From contig ML978135.1 in NCBI GenBank assembly GCA_010015805.1, positions 124,001 to 188,000 of the forward strand: DNA of 64,000 bases, read 5' to 3'. How positions within the stretch are numbered: the first letter of the stretch is position 1; each line of letters opens with the position of its first letter. Source of the DNA: Rhizodiscina lignyota (lineage: Eukaryota). The notes beneath the pieces were generated by a model, which was given only the letters and a program-made list of their open reading frames with translations, ran no database searches and was not told where the DNA came from. Of the stretch, positions 15,175 to 25,499 are shown piece by piece. Position numbers and translations under genes: made by a program.

Positions 15175-15869
15175 CTAGTTTGCAAGCGCTTCTCTTGCTT
15201 GTCGTACCATCGCCGTGTTGTAATCTTTGCCCTGGCCTCCGTACTTGGACAAATCAAATTCTCTTTCTTCGATTATCTCATATCCAAACCGCTCGTACAA
15301 GGGGCGGGCCATTGGAGACGCCTCGAGGAATATTGGCAGCTTGTCTTTGTCCGCACGCTCGTTGCCCCAGTGGAGGAGCGCGCTACCAGCGCCACGTCGA
15401 CCATTTGCTGGATCTGCTATCAGGATGGAGAGGACTGTTGTTACGAAACGGAGTCAGCTTTATTAACTGAGAGTCCACTTCACTTACACCAACATGTCTT
15501 CCCACCCAAGTACTTCGTCCGAGCCTCTTCCAACCAACTAAACAAGTCGGACCACGCTTCTACGTTTGCCCCTTCTGGCGGTGGGCGTGCAGCATAGGAG
15601 GCTTTTATTTCATCTTTGCTCTTTGGCGGGTTGAACTTGTGGTATTTAGCACACCCGATAATTGCTCCTGTTTGTGGGTCCACCGCCTTCAAAAAGAACA
15701 CCGTCGGATCTTCCAGCATCTGTTTCCGTTGACTGTCTAGGAAGTTCTGATCGCGAGCGGATGATGCTGGTCCAAAGAACTGCGACATGCCTTTGGTGAA
15801 CGCCGTGAAGTGAATACGGCAGTATTCAGGGAGGTCAGCCTCGAGGAGAGGAAGGACTTCGAGCGCCAT
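15175..15869 (-). CDS. GNAT family N-acetyltransferase (intron 15435-15487)
   Basis: Exon 2, which is missing from the ORF track, carries the acetyl-CoA motif GRRGAGSALL and FLEASPMARPLYERFG. Confidence 0.9.
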
Positions 15870-15999
15870 TGTAGGATTGTATAATGCTCAATTGGCAGAG
15901 CGCTGCATCCAGCTGGCTTTTAACTCGCCGTCACGTCATATCGTGACTGTTAGATGAAATGCGCTGCCGAGAGCGGCAGCTGCAACGGTGACTCGATTC

Positions 16000-17300
16000 A
16001 GGCATGGCGACGATGCTTGCAAGTCCCATGTCTCCGGTGAGGATACGAAGGTATTTCCGTCATCATATGCATACACGCAAAGGCGCGATAGGATAATGTT
16101 GACACACTGGATAAGGCATAAGATAGATGGGTTTGCGCCGACCGCTCAGACAAGAACTGCGTGATATGGGCGAAGCTTTTCGGTGAAAGCCCTAACCCTA
16201 CTTACTTTGCTCTTCGATATCGTACCTGATCTCCCCCACCGTTCCTTTTAATTTCGTCTTTCTCGCACGAGATATTCGCAAATCTTTTCTCGGCATTTAC
16301 AAATAAGAGAGAGAGAGAGTTGCTCTATAAGCACTGATCAAGCGACTGCGCATCTTACGCTGATGACGAGTCGACGACCTTAGCAACTGCACACATCTGA
16401 CTGCCTCTAACCTCTTGACGGGCCAAGTTGTGCTGCGAGCACAGTGCCAGTAGAAGTTGCATCGCTTGTCACGACTCTGTGAGAGTGTAATTAGATCGTC
16501 TGCATGTCAACTTTGACCGCCAGGCTGGAGCTGTTGACACGACGAAACCGAGATTCGATCACCTTTATGGCGGTGAGTCTCAAGATGTGACACGAATTCT
16601 CCGAAAAGACTCTCGTAGCACTAAAATGCGCGATAATGTCGACTATATACCTCGTCTCTTCCCACGTGGCAAATTGTGGACTTCCAGGACCTAAGGGAGA
16701 AAACTCCATCTCGTGTTGAAACAACAACTCAGCAGCTCAAAGAGGAAGAAGCTTCCTTAGCTGGTTGTTGGCTCTGGCCACTTGACCGTTCTTGCAATGA
16801 TGCAGTAGCACATTGTTCATGCATCGAAGAAACAAGCGTCACACCCGCGGGTCGAAAGGTTTCCATGGCAGCGTCACGATATCGCCGATGATGGTTCGTC
16901 CTGCAAGTTTCCGCTTTTGAACCGCGTCATGCTCTCAACTGAGATTCTCGGAGCGTGCCACGGCATCGGCACGTCAACTGGGAGCTCGACCAATGTGGTC
17001 ATCGGTGTCAGTAATCTCAACCTCTTTCCGAGCCTGATGCCATGCTCGGCACGAGAGGCTGTCCGGTAAGGCTGACTGCTACTCATGCGTTAGGCTTCGA
17101 AAGGTGTTTGCTTCGCTGTCACTAAGGTATTTTCTTGTCTATCAATTATCGTCGTCATACTGTTGCGGGAATTATCGTTGGAGAGAGACTGTATCCGTTC
17201 CACGGAGTTTACTTTCGACGTCACCTGGACCCGCTCAGCATTTGCTCATCGGCGACCACGGAAGGTCCATAGTGGCGAAAGAAGGGAAGCAAGCGAATAT
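16000..17300 (+). ncRNA. Candidate long structured ncRNA, possibly telomerase RNA
   Basis: ORF-free interval; CCCTAACCCTA at 16190-16200 abuts a hairpin; nested long-range pairings 16004-16014/17148-17158 and 16148-16156/17132-17140. No pseudoknot or P6.1 was identified. Confidence 0.3.
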
Positions 17301-17535
17301 ATAAAGGCATACAACTTCTAGCATCAGAGATTTGTTTCTGCAACAGAAGCTCATTCCTCACTACAACCTCAACGCAGCTCAACACATCCTCACATCATTC
17401 CAAGTCTCTACTTGACTCGAAGTTCACTCAAGCAATCTCCATCTCTTTCGACTCATCTCGAAGCTGCTGGACCATCTTCGAAACTTACTACAATCATCCG
17501 CATCCACGCTTCTCTGTGATAGAAACTCAGTAAAC

Positions 17536-17775
17536 ATGAAGCTCACTATCTTTGTCGCCCTCTCATTTGCAGTCCTCTCGGCCGTCGCGATGCCAGTACG
17601 TTACTCCGTCATTCGATTGACAATCCCAAGATATACTAATGTGCTCTACGTGTTGAAGGTCTCAGATCAAAATACCGTGGCTAAGCGACAGTGCTACAAT
17701 GATGGCAAGAAGGAGATCTGCATTGAGTCGAACGGAACCCCTACCGATTCCGACGACGGCGTCGTTGTGGGATAG
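17536..17775 (+). CDS. 58-aa secreted peptide precursor with a Kex2 site (in-frame intron 17596-17658)
   Basis: MKLTIFVALSFAVLSAVAMP|VSDQNTVAKR-QCYNDGKKEICIESNGTPTDSDDGVVVG; GTACGT...CTAAT...AAG intron; TATATAAA at about 17300 followed by a CT/CA-rich leader. Confidence 0.8.
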   Translation: MKLTIFVALSFAVLSAVAMPVRYSVIRLTIPRYTNVLYVLKVSDQNTVAKRQCYNDGKKEICIESNGTPTDSDDGVVVG

Positions 17776-18412
17776 AGTAGGATATGACCACCGAATCCGC
17801 TACTCTATCGACTCGAGGGCTGCGTTGTTAATGGCAAATGTCAATGGCTCTATGAGCATCGTCTTTACATGACTACGGATTTCCTGACGGGCTTGGTTTA
17901 GTTTCCACTTTTGATGGTTGGATTGAAGTGAGGCTCTTAATGGAAGGAGGAAGCGTTCAAGTGTACAGTGGTTCATCAGAAAGCAAAGTAATGACTCCAT
18001 GAACGAATTGAAACGATAACTGCTGTTGAGAAACTTTGCATTTTTCCGACAAATGAAATTGTCACCCAACACCGATAATTCCTCTAAACTCGCTTCATTA
18101 TGCACAATTCAATAGACTTTAGAGGCTTGATGAGAATGACTAAGTTACTCAAAGTGCAATATCGTCTCCTTAGTCCAAGCCCAAGCACAGCGGACTCCGC
18201 TCGGCCGCCGCCAATACAGCGGAGCGGGAACGCCGGTCCGTGCACCATGCTGTTGAGTTCGCAGAGCCGCTTATGCAGTGACAGCAATCACGTCTTGCTC
18301 GTTGTGGGGCAGTCATTATTAATGCCGTTGAGGGGTTTCCGGAGGCGTGTGAAGTTGGATGAAGAAGATTTTCCTTCCGATCCGAATCCAGCCCCTTCAA
18401 TCTCTCGCAACG

Positions 18413-20653
18413 ATGAAGAGCGTTGCAATCGTCGGAGCTGGACCGGCTGGGCTGGTGGCTGCAAAGAACCTGCTGGCCACTTCCAAAGATGAATTTCGAG
18501 TCACCATCTTCGAGGAACAAGATCGAGTTGGGGGTATGTGGGCCCTTCGACCTGGAGAGCTTCATCGAGGCAAATGCAACCCCGAGATGCCCACAAACCT
18601 GTCCCGCTTTACCGTCTCATTCTCAGATCTTGCATGGCAGAGCATGAATCTGACGAGAGAGCCTGACGGCACAAATGGATCCAATGGAAATAATGGTGCC
18701 CTGCCTTTATATCCAAAGGCCTGGCAAGTCGGTAGATATTTGGAGGAATACGCAAAGCGATACATCCCACCGGACTCCTTGAAGCTCGGTTGCAAAGTTC
18801 AACACGCTCGAAAAGCTACAGAGGGAGATAAAGAGAAATGGCATCTGCAATGGATTGGCGATCAGCAGATTCACGATGCAATGTTCGATCATCTTATCGT
18901 AGGCTCTGGATTTTTCTCTTCGCCCCGACCGCATAACATTGCAATTGAGTCCGGCCCGAAGATCAAGCTACTTCACAGTTCGGAATTCCGGGTATTAGAA
19001 GATCTTCTACCAGAGCCGCGCCCGAATCAAGGCACCGTAGTAGTTGTCGGCGGGAGTATGTCTGGTGCCGAAGCTGCTGTTGCTGTCGCCATGTCGCTCT
19101 CTAACGCGTCCTTCTCTCCTCGCGGCCCTGAGGCGCCAAATTACAGCGTTGTTCATGTCACCTCTCGTCCATTCTATGACTTACCAAGGATGCACCCCAA
19201 AGTATCGAAAGATCTTCCCAAGGATGAAACTGATCACTCTCCGGGATTTTTACCGAACGACCTAAACATGTTTGACCTCTCACGCCGGCCACCAGGGAGG
19301 ATATTGCCCAGCAATGGTCTAGTGCCTCCGTCAAAGGCAAACATGACCCACAAATACATGCGATCCATCATCGGAAATGACCAAAGCGATCTTCAATCCC
19401 AAGGGATGTCAATATCTTCTGAAGAGTTTGAAAGGCCCCCATTTCTTGCGATAACCGACAACTACACGGAATTTGTACGATCAGGCGTAATCGTTTCGAG
19501 AAAAGCACGTGCAAAGAAGATTCAACAGATGAACTCAAAGAACTCTGCGACTCTGATCATTCAGAACGAGGACGGAGAGACGGAATCGATTGCCGACGTC
19601 GTGGGCCTGGTGTACGCTACTGGTTTCACTCCGCATACATCGCTAGAGTGGCTTGATCAAGAGATCCGACAAGATTTGCAAGAGGACACGCACAGCTTTC
19701 GAGTCCCACTGATGCTTCATCAGCACGCCATCTTCAATGCTGCCCACCCTGATCTTGCGTTCGTAGGCTTCTATGAAGGACCTTATTGGGGGGTCATGGA
19801 GATGCAGGCTCGTGAAATTGCCAGACGTTGGAGTCCCAATGCGACTGAAGAGGAGTCAAAACTAAATTATGACGAACCCGACCTGGAGAAGCTGCGGCTG
19901 GCTGTGCTCCAAGGCGTCAGTAATGTACCTCAATTCTGGATGGGCGACTATCTGGGGGTTATGGAGGCCCTCGCAGAGCGACATGGGATCAAACGCAACG
20001 ATGAAGGTTTTGGTCATCGCAGTGGACCAATATCGGCCGCGCGGTACTCCAAGTCGACTGATGATCAAGCTGAAGTGCAGAAGTCTCTTCTCGACTTACG
20101 AAACACTCTCACTGCATCCGCGGAACAGAATCGGTTCGTCTCCGCTGCGATTTTCCGTGGTCTTCAAGGGAAGTGGAGTATTACTCGTAATCTGACAAGT
20201 TTCCTGCCTGGATTCCCGTCTGGCACACTCTTTGGCTCAGCCTACTTCCACCCTCGCTCCCCAACGTCCCAGAACTATGATGCTGAGTATCTTTACATCG
20301 AAGACGGGACATTGAACACTCAAAATGGACTCACCCTCAAAGCAAACAAGCGTTATGCATATCGCTATTCCGAAGCCAAGGACCAAATCTCGGTGTGGTT
20401 TGTCAAAGATGATGGGAAGACCATCGACTACTTCTTCCACGACGTTACCTTATCCCCAAAGACAACAGGGTCTCACAAGAAGGGCTGGCAGGCCGCCGGA
20501 ACGCACCTCTGCGATAAAGATAATTATGATTCAGCATATGAGTTTCGGTTCTCTGGAGCGACGCTGCAGCAAGTCACTGTCAAATTCATCGTGAAAGGCC
20601 CGAAAAAGGACTACATTTCGGAAACGCGCTTCGAGCGCTTGAAGAATAAATGA
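18413..20653 (+). CDS. Flavin-containing monooxygenase-like protein fused to a C-terminal DUF6314-like domain
   Basis: IVGAGPAG FAD motif, GGMW, HSSEFR FMO-type motif, VVGGSMSG NADPH motif, YATGF; C-terminal W-x-I-x-R...HLCDKDNY...VKGPKKDY. Confidence 0.88.
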   Translation: MKSVAIVGAGPAGLVAAKNLLATSKDEFRVTIFEEQDRVGGMWALRPGELHRGKCNPEMPTNLSRFTVSFSDLAWQSMNLTREPDGTNGSNGNNGALPLYPKAWQVGRYLEEYAKRYIPPDSLKLGCKVQHARKATEGDKEKWHLQWIGDQQIHDAMFDHLIVGSGFFSSPRPHNIAIESGPKIKLLHSSEFRVLEDLLPEPRPNQGTVVVVGGSMSGAEAAVAVAMSLSNASFSPRGPEAPNYSVVHVTSRPFYDLPRMHPKVSKDLPKDETDHSPGFLPNDLNMFDLSRRPPGRILPSNGLVPPSKANMTHKYMRSIIGNDQSDLQSQGMSISSEEFERPPFLAITDNYTEFVRSGVIVSRKARAKKIQQMNSKNSATLIIQNEDGETESIADVVGLVYATGFTPHTSLEWLDQEIRQDLQEDTHSFRVPLMLHQHAIFNAAHPDLAFVGFYEGPYWGVMEMQAREIARRWSPNATEEESKLNYDEPDLEKLRLAVLQGVSNVPQFWMGDYLGVMEALAERHGIKRNDEGFGHRSGPISAARYSKSTDDQAEVQKSLLDLRNTLTASAEQNRFVSAAIFRGLQGKWSITRNLTSFLPGFPSGTLFGSAYFHPRSPTSQNYDAEYLYIEDGTLNTQNGLTLKANKRYAYRYSEAKDQISVWFVKDDGKTIDYFFHDVTLSPKTTGSHKKGWQAAGTHLCDKDNYDSAYEFRFSGATLQQVTVKFIVKGPKKDYISETRFERLKNK

Positions 20654-21216
20654 TTTGCGCTTCTAGAAGCGCCGCATTCTCATGCTAGCGGATAGATCGG
20701 CGCTGTGCTTGGCTTGATCGCTGTTCTGGATCTATCAAAAGATTGGCCCGGGGCTTGTGTTCATCTCACGAGCAGAACGCTCCCACCCTTGATCGGTCAC
20801 GCTTTGCTAGGAGGTACCATACATGAGGTACATCAAAAGCCTTGCGTTTGTGGAACCTACCGACGCTGTCGATGGGCCATCGGAATGCGATCGACAATGC
20901 CGAGCATTCCTCTGGATAGCAATGACCTCGTATCCACGCGGCGGCAGATTCTCTGCAACGGCTTGAGGTAGCCGACGATAGACCAATATGTTTGATTGCG
21001 GAGTCTCGACGCACACGAGAGATTGGACTCTGAGACATCAATACCGCTGCAATGGCGCTTTGTCAAATGGAAACTACATGATTTCATTTTGTCGAAAGAC
21101 ATATCTCGGCAAGGCAAAGTACCTGATGCCCTAGGCAACGTGAAAAGAGTACATGAAGATCAGCATGTTCGACGTGCCAGAGATTTCCATAAAACAAAAC
21201 TGACCGTGCTGCATGC

Positions 21217-22058
21217 ATGATGTTGTTCATCCCAGTCATCTTGCTGCTTATTTGGCACACTACTTGCAACGATATCGGAGTCAATACTTCTTCGACGACT
21301 TCTGAATCTTGTACCAGACCGTCTATTTGGGTATCAGCTACAAACACTTGCGGAGTGGAGTATGGTGGGTGAGTGCGGTTCCGTTGAATGGATTATCGTT
21401 GCAGTCGCTACTCCGGTCCCCACTTTAAATGTTAACTCAGTGCAGTATATTCAATGGCTGTGATCCAATCTCACTGTTTATCCCACCATGTCCTTCGACA
21501 AGTTGCGATTGTGGCTCTGCGACAGGTACATCCTCTCTAACGACTGCCACCGAGCTTACGGTGATGCATTTCGTTAAAGCTCAGGCATTGCCACCCAGCG
21601 TGCCGCTCTCAGATTCGCCTGCAGCGACAACATCTACCAATGTTACAATTGCTACAATCGGGAATGATCCTCCAACCGCAACAGATTCGTCTGGGCAGAG
21701 CCGCTTGCCCACGACCGCAACGAATCAAACTGCGGCAAATGGCAGTTCGTCTTATACCTTACCAAGTGACGCTGGTAGTCAAATCACTGCGGCTCCCGAT
21801 AAAAATACATTAGCAGCTCCTGGTGGCGATAATGTAAGCTGTGCCTCTGTTTGCGTAGACAAGATTGATAAATGCTGGAATCGCTACGGGTAGTAAGTAT
21901 CCAAATTTACTCAGGGTTTGCAGAAGAGATTAATGATACATAGTTGCTACAATCCGTGCATGTCGTTCAATAGCGCTACAATCTCGAAGCCAGACTGCTC
22001 CAAAGACCCCGTACCGATGGTTGCCCGGCGGAAGGCTCGACACCGACAACACGTGTAA
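21217..22058 (+). CDS. Secreted Cys-module protein with a Thr-rich linker (introns 21369-21445 and 21893-21943)
   Basis: Signal peptide MMLFIPVILLLIW; two related C-x3-YG modules flank an S/T-rich linker; both introns are canonical and keep the frame. Confidence 0.75.
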
Positions 22059-22569
22059 ACCTGTCCACAGAAATACAATACGAGTCATGAGTCTACGATA
22101 ATTGGGGGCGAGTTTCTTGTTTTGCATGCTTTGGTAAACTGTTTCTAGCGTTGGATTCCGATTACTTCGAGCAACACACTGCCATCGTGTTATATGATTC
22201 AGACTGCGTTCATGACAAACTTATATGGACTAGAACTGCTAACGCTCCTCCGACGAGTTAAAAATATAGGGCTTTCAAGTCCACATCATTACGCTAAGGG
22301 CTATTGCCGACTTGTTCAAGATCTGGCTTTGTTGCACGAAATTCCCACTCGCTTACTGAAAATCCGCCGTTCCTTATACTTCGAGACAATGCCAACCACT
22401 CTCCACCCATTCCTCATGTATCTTTGTTCCACGATGTCAAAGAGCGAAGAATGAAATCATTAGACTCGACGAACGACGAATCAACCATGATAACATACTA
22501 TCAATCCAGATGTCCAGACTGCAATAGTCACACCAGCCGTAATCGAATTCCAGGAACACACCACATCGA

Positions 22570-23592
22570 ATGGGCTCTCCAGAGCGTGAGGCACGCCCTC
22601 ATATTTCGCCTGGCCCACCCAATGAAGCATGTAGAGCATTCGCAGTGGTTGCTAACTCAACTCCATACTACGATGTCCGGGATAATGAAAGAGACGAGGA
22701 GTATGATTCAGCTCTCACGACGATCGCTCGAACCTTTGCCCCGAAGCTCTTCTGCCAAGTCTGCTTGATAGATCCGAATCTAGCAGGACTGGCGGTGCGA
22801 TTTCGCTCTAGTGCATACATGGTTGGAGCCCGCGAATTGGTCTTGGGGGACTGTACGTTTGTCAGTGCTCCGATTGAACCTCTCAATGGGTGCCATCTGC
22901 GCACAGAACGTACAGATCACGGAATGTTGAGATTTGCGCTGGAGTATCTTATACCTGTTTGCGAAGTCATGACAGGCAAGCATTCTTTCACTGTCGCCGG
23001 ACAGGTAGATGTCAGTGAAACTGTGTATGGGATTGTATCTGCCCAGCTTGACAGGGGCGTAGCTCGATATCTCGCGGAGGAGGGAGCCCATACGCGTCCC
23101 TGCGACGATTTACAGAGCCTTAGAGGTACGAACACAGCTCAGTCGCCGTCGTTTGATTGGCTGGGCTCTGGCAGGGAAGGACAACAGGGCGTACCAATCG
23201 AACCCGATTTCGAATACTCGGCCGGAACACTCCAGGCTTTTGGCCGTTTTGCAAAGATATTGCAGTCTCACCATACTCGATGCTTTGTGCTCAAACCATA
23301 TTTGGGCCAGATCCAAGGTTTATTCGTTCAAGATGTGGTTTATGCAAGCCAAAGCCTCCTCGCGGCGCGCTCGGAGTTGGGCGTGGCGCTGTCAGCGCAC
23401 TCTGACATCCTTCGGAAGCTCAATCAACTTCTGGTCCATGGAAAACGTGTCCGCATTAAGGCGAAGTGGGGAACGGAACAAGACGATGTTTGGATATACT
23501 GTACGCCAGTCGGTGAGGGGCTCTCTGGGGAGGTGGCCGACTACTGGTGGGTATGCTTTGTTATTGACAGCGGTGAGGAACGCCTTTGGTAG
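22570..23592 (+). CDS. Degenerate LOV/PAS-PAC domain protein
   Basis: CLIDPNLAGLAVRFRS, LGDCTFV and AGQVDVS resemble LOV motifs; the C-terminal RIKAKW...WIYCTPV...WVCFVID resembles the PAC-like tail of fungal LOV proteins. The start codon is uncertain. Confidence 0.6.
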   Translation: MGSPEREARPHISPGPPNEACRAFAVVANSTPYYDVRDNERDEEYDSALTTIARTFAPKLFCQVCLIDPNLAGLAVRFRSSAYMVGARELVLGDCTFVSAPIEPLNGCHLRTERTDHGMLRFALEYLIPVCEVMTGKHSFTVAGQVDVSETVYGIVSAQLDRGVARYLAEEGAHTRPCDDLQSLRGTNTAQSPSFDWLGSGREGQQGVPIEPDFEYSAGTLQAFGRFAKILQSHHTRCFVLKPYLGQIQGLFVQDVVYASQSLLAARSELGVALSAHSDILRKLNQLLVHGKRVRIKAKWGTEQDDVWIYCTPVGEGLSGEVADYWWVCFVIDSGEERLW

Positions 23593-24448
23593 GTAATATG
23601 TCTTGAGTACGAATTCTCTTCCATATCGTTGAGGCCCGGAGCGATTATTACTGTATCGCGAAATTTCCGTCTGAAGGTATTGCTGCGTGGCGGCCGCTTC
23701 ACGACCTTGTTTAGCCGAGTGCTCTGCACAGCTTAGCTTACTGTACAAATATTATTGCCCAGTGCCCGTTGAACACATAATCATTTGGAGTCATGCTTGA
23801 TTCCAATTTCCGCGTCTTACCTCCGTGGGCTCTATGTATTTATGTACATCTTCTCTTGACCGGCTGGGCGCTGACTTGTCTCTTTAAAGGCACTGTAAGC
23901 GTGCTTTAGAATTCCCCCATGTAGAAGATTTACAGGTATGCGGACAATCTTAAATGTAATTTGAGAAACAGAAGGAATGAACAGCCTTGTCGTTAAGCAA
24001 AAAGGGCAGCAAACTCAGCTTTCAGCCCCGGGCTCGAGTTGGACATGAGTCAGCCCTACCACGACCCCGGACTGTGCCCACCGTGCTAGGATGTTTCGAG
24101 TTCAGCCCTGCAGCGTCGCTTCTCATTAGATCAGATTGGCTTAACTTCACGATCCACTTCACACCCACAACATAGGAATCTTGTGATTGTTCCCATTCGA
24201 CTGTTTATCTGGCAGGATTGGCGTCACCTGTGGGCCCGCGGGGCAATGCTGCAGATGACATACATGCAAGCGCCGACCCGGCGCCTTTCTACCATGCCAC
24301 TGTGACAACCGCCGAGACGGAACCTTATGAGAGGCGTATATATGTGCCGCATTTTCCTCAGATCTTTCTTTCTTTCCTCTGTGCCTCCACCTCTTCAGAC
24401 ACCTACTTTTCTTCGCTGAGCAAAACGCGCCTCTCTCGTCAACTCAAA

Positions 24449-24763
24449 ATGCGCATTGCGATCCTCACTCTCCTCAGCCTCGTGGCCATCTGCCATGCTG
24501 CCGCCATTCCCACCTCGAACTTCAACGAGCGAAGCATCGAATGCGGCCCTGACGGTAACGACTGCGAGGCGAACCCAAACTACGGCGGCCGAAGCAGAAC
24601 CCCGGTGAGGCGTGACGAGGTTGAGGACGAGGTTGACGATGAGGCTGCCAACGCGAGGACTTTCGGCGCACCACCAGCCCGCAAGCGAGAGCTGGAGAAG
24701 CGGCGCTGTTTGACTTTGGGTTTCGATCCTAACTCTACTGATCCGATTCTTCCACCCTGCTGA
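24449..24763 (+). CDS. 104-aa secreted multi-peptide (Kex2-type) precursor
   Basis: Signal peptide MRIAILTLLSLVAICHA; basic sites ER, RSR/RR, RKR and KRR separate two Cys-pair peptides and an acidic segment; TATATA at about 24337. Confidence 0.8.
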   Translation: MRIAILTLLSLVAICHAAAIPTSNFNERSIECGPDGNDCEANPNYGGRSRTPVRRDEVEDEVDDEAANARTFGAPPARKRELEKRRCLTLGFDPNSTDPILPPC

Positions 24764-25099
24764 GGAAACTCCAACCGAGGCCAGTCTTGAAGCGAAACCA
24801 TGGGACGGCGACAAGGTGTTTTTGGTCAGGTCAAGGAAACGATGGTCTGAGGCATGGAATTCGCAGCCGGCGCAAATGGTTTCGGAATGATGGGATTAAA
24901 CACGTCAAATGATGAAAAGCGAGGAACAAATGTTCTGACAAGTCTTCGAATGAACCAGACTTGGGAAATGAATTCATTAAAAGAAATGGAATTGCAACCG
25001 AGCTCTATGTTGTTTCGCTGTATCCACTGATGAAAACTACCTCGTACTGCTGGTCGTGAAGTTCATGCTGCATGTTGAGCCATGATGCCTTTGAACATA

Positions 25100-25499
25100 T
25101 CACACCTTGCCCCAGGCTCCTCCCTCAAAGCCACAGCGCACACTGACGATCTTGTTATCCCAGCGAATAGTACTAAGATCGGGTACTGCCTTGTCGAATC
25201 CCCAATAGCTTCCTTCGCAGTCGAAAGCCGAATAGCCCCAGCAGTAGTTGTTCGCGTACGGGGCAAGAGAACTTGCGCGACTAGAAAGTGCATGCAGATT
25301 GTAGCAAGCGTTGGCGTTGGAGTTGACCGCACCGTGTTCGCCTGTATACGATTTGCCGTCGTAGAATGTTATCTGGTACAATTTAGTCAAGCCCTTGTGA
25401 AGTGTTTCCTTCAGTACTTACGCCCGTCGATGAGGCTGACAATGTTGGAGACGCAGACGCCAGCGCAGCCGCGGCGGCGATGAGCAATGTGAATTGCAT
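25100..25499 (-). CDS. Small secreted protein with a beta/gamma-crystallin-like signature (intron 25373-25421)
   Basis: Signal peptide MQFTLLIAAAAALASASP; ITFYDGKSYTG, ACYNL..RASS, CWGYSAFDCEG and WDNKIVSVRC; 4 Cys. Confidence 0.82.

Noticed and set aside
16330..16405. C/D snoRNA or hammerhead ribozyme around CTGATGA
   Set aside because: Too short, no recognisable rRNA guide, and no GAAA core.
16874..17086. F-box-like remnant (MTTLVELPVDV) on the - strand
   Set aside because: Very short similarity with no continuation or splice support.
24449..24763. Alpha-type mating pheromone
   Set aside because: No repeated WC..G..CW-type peptides and no regular EA/DA spacers.
17536..25499. Dikaritin RiPP cluster (peptide precursors plus FMO)
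   Set aside because: No DUF3328/UstYa (HxxHC) gene or tyrosinase in the window, and the cores are not repeated.
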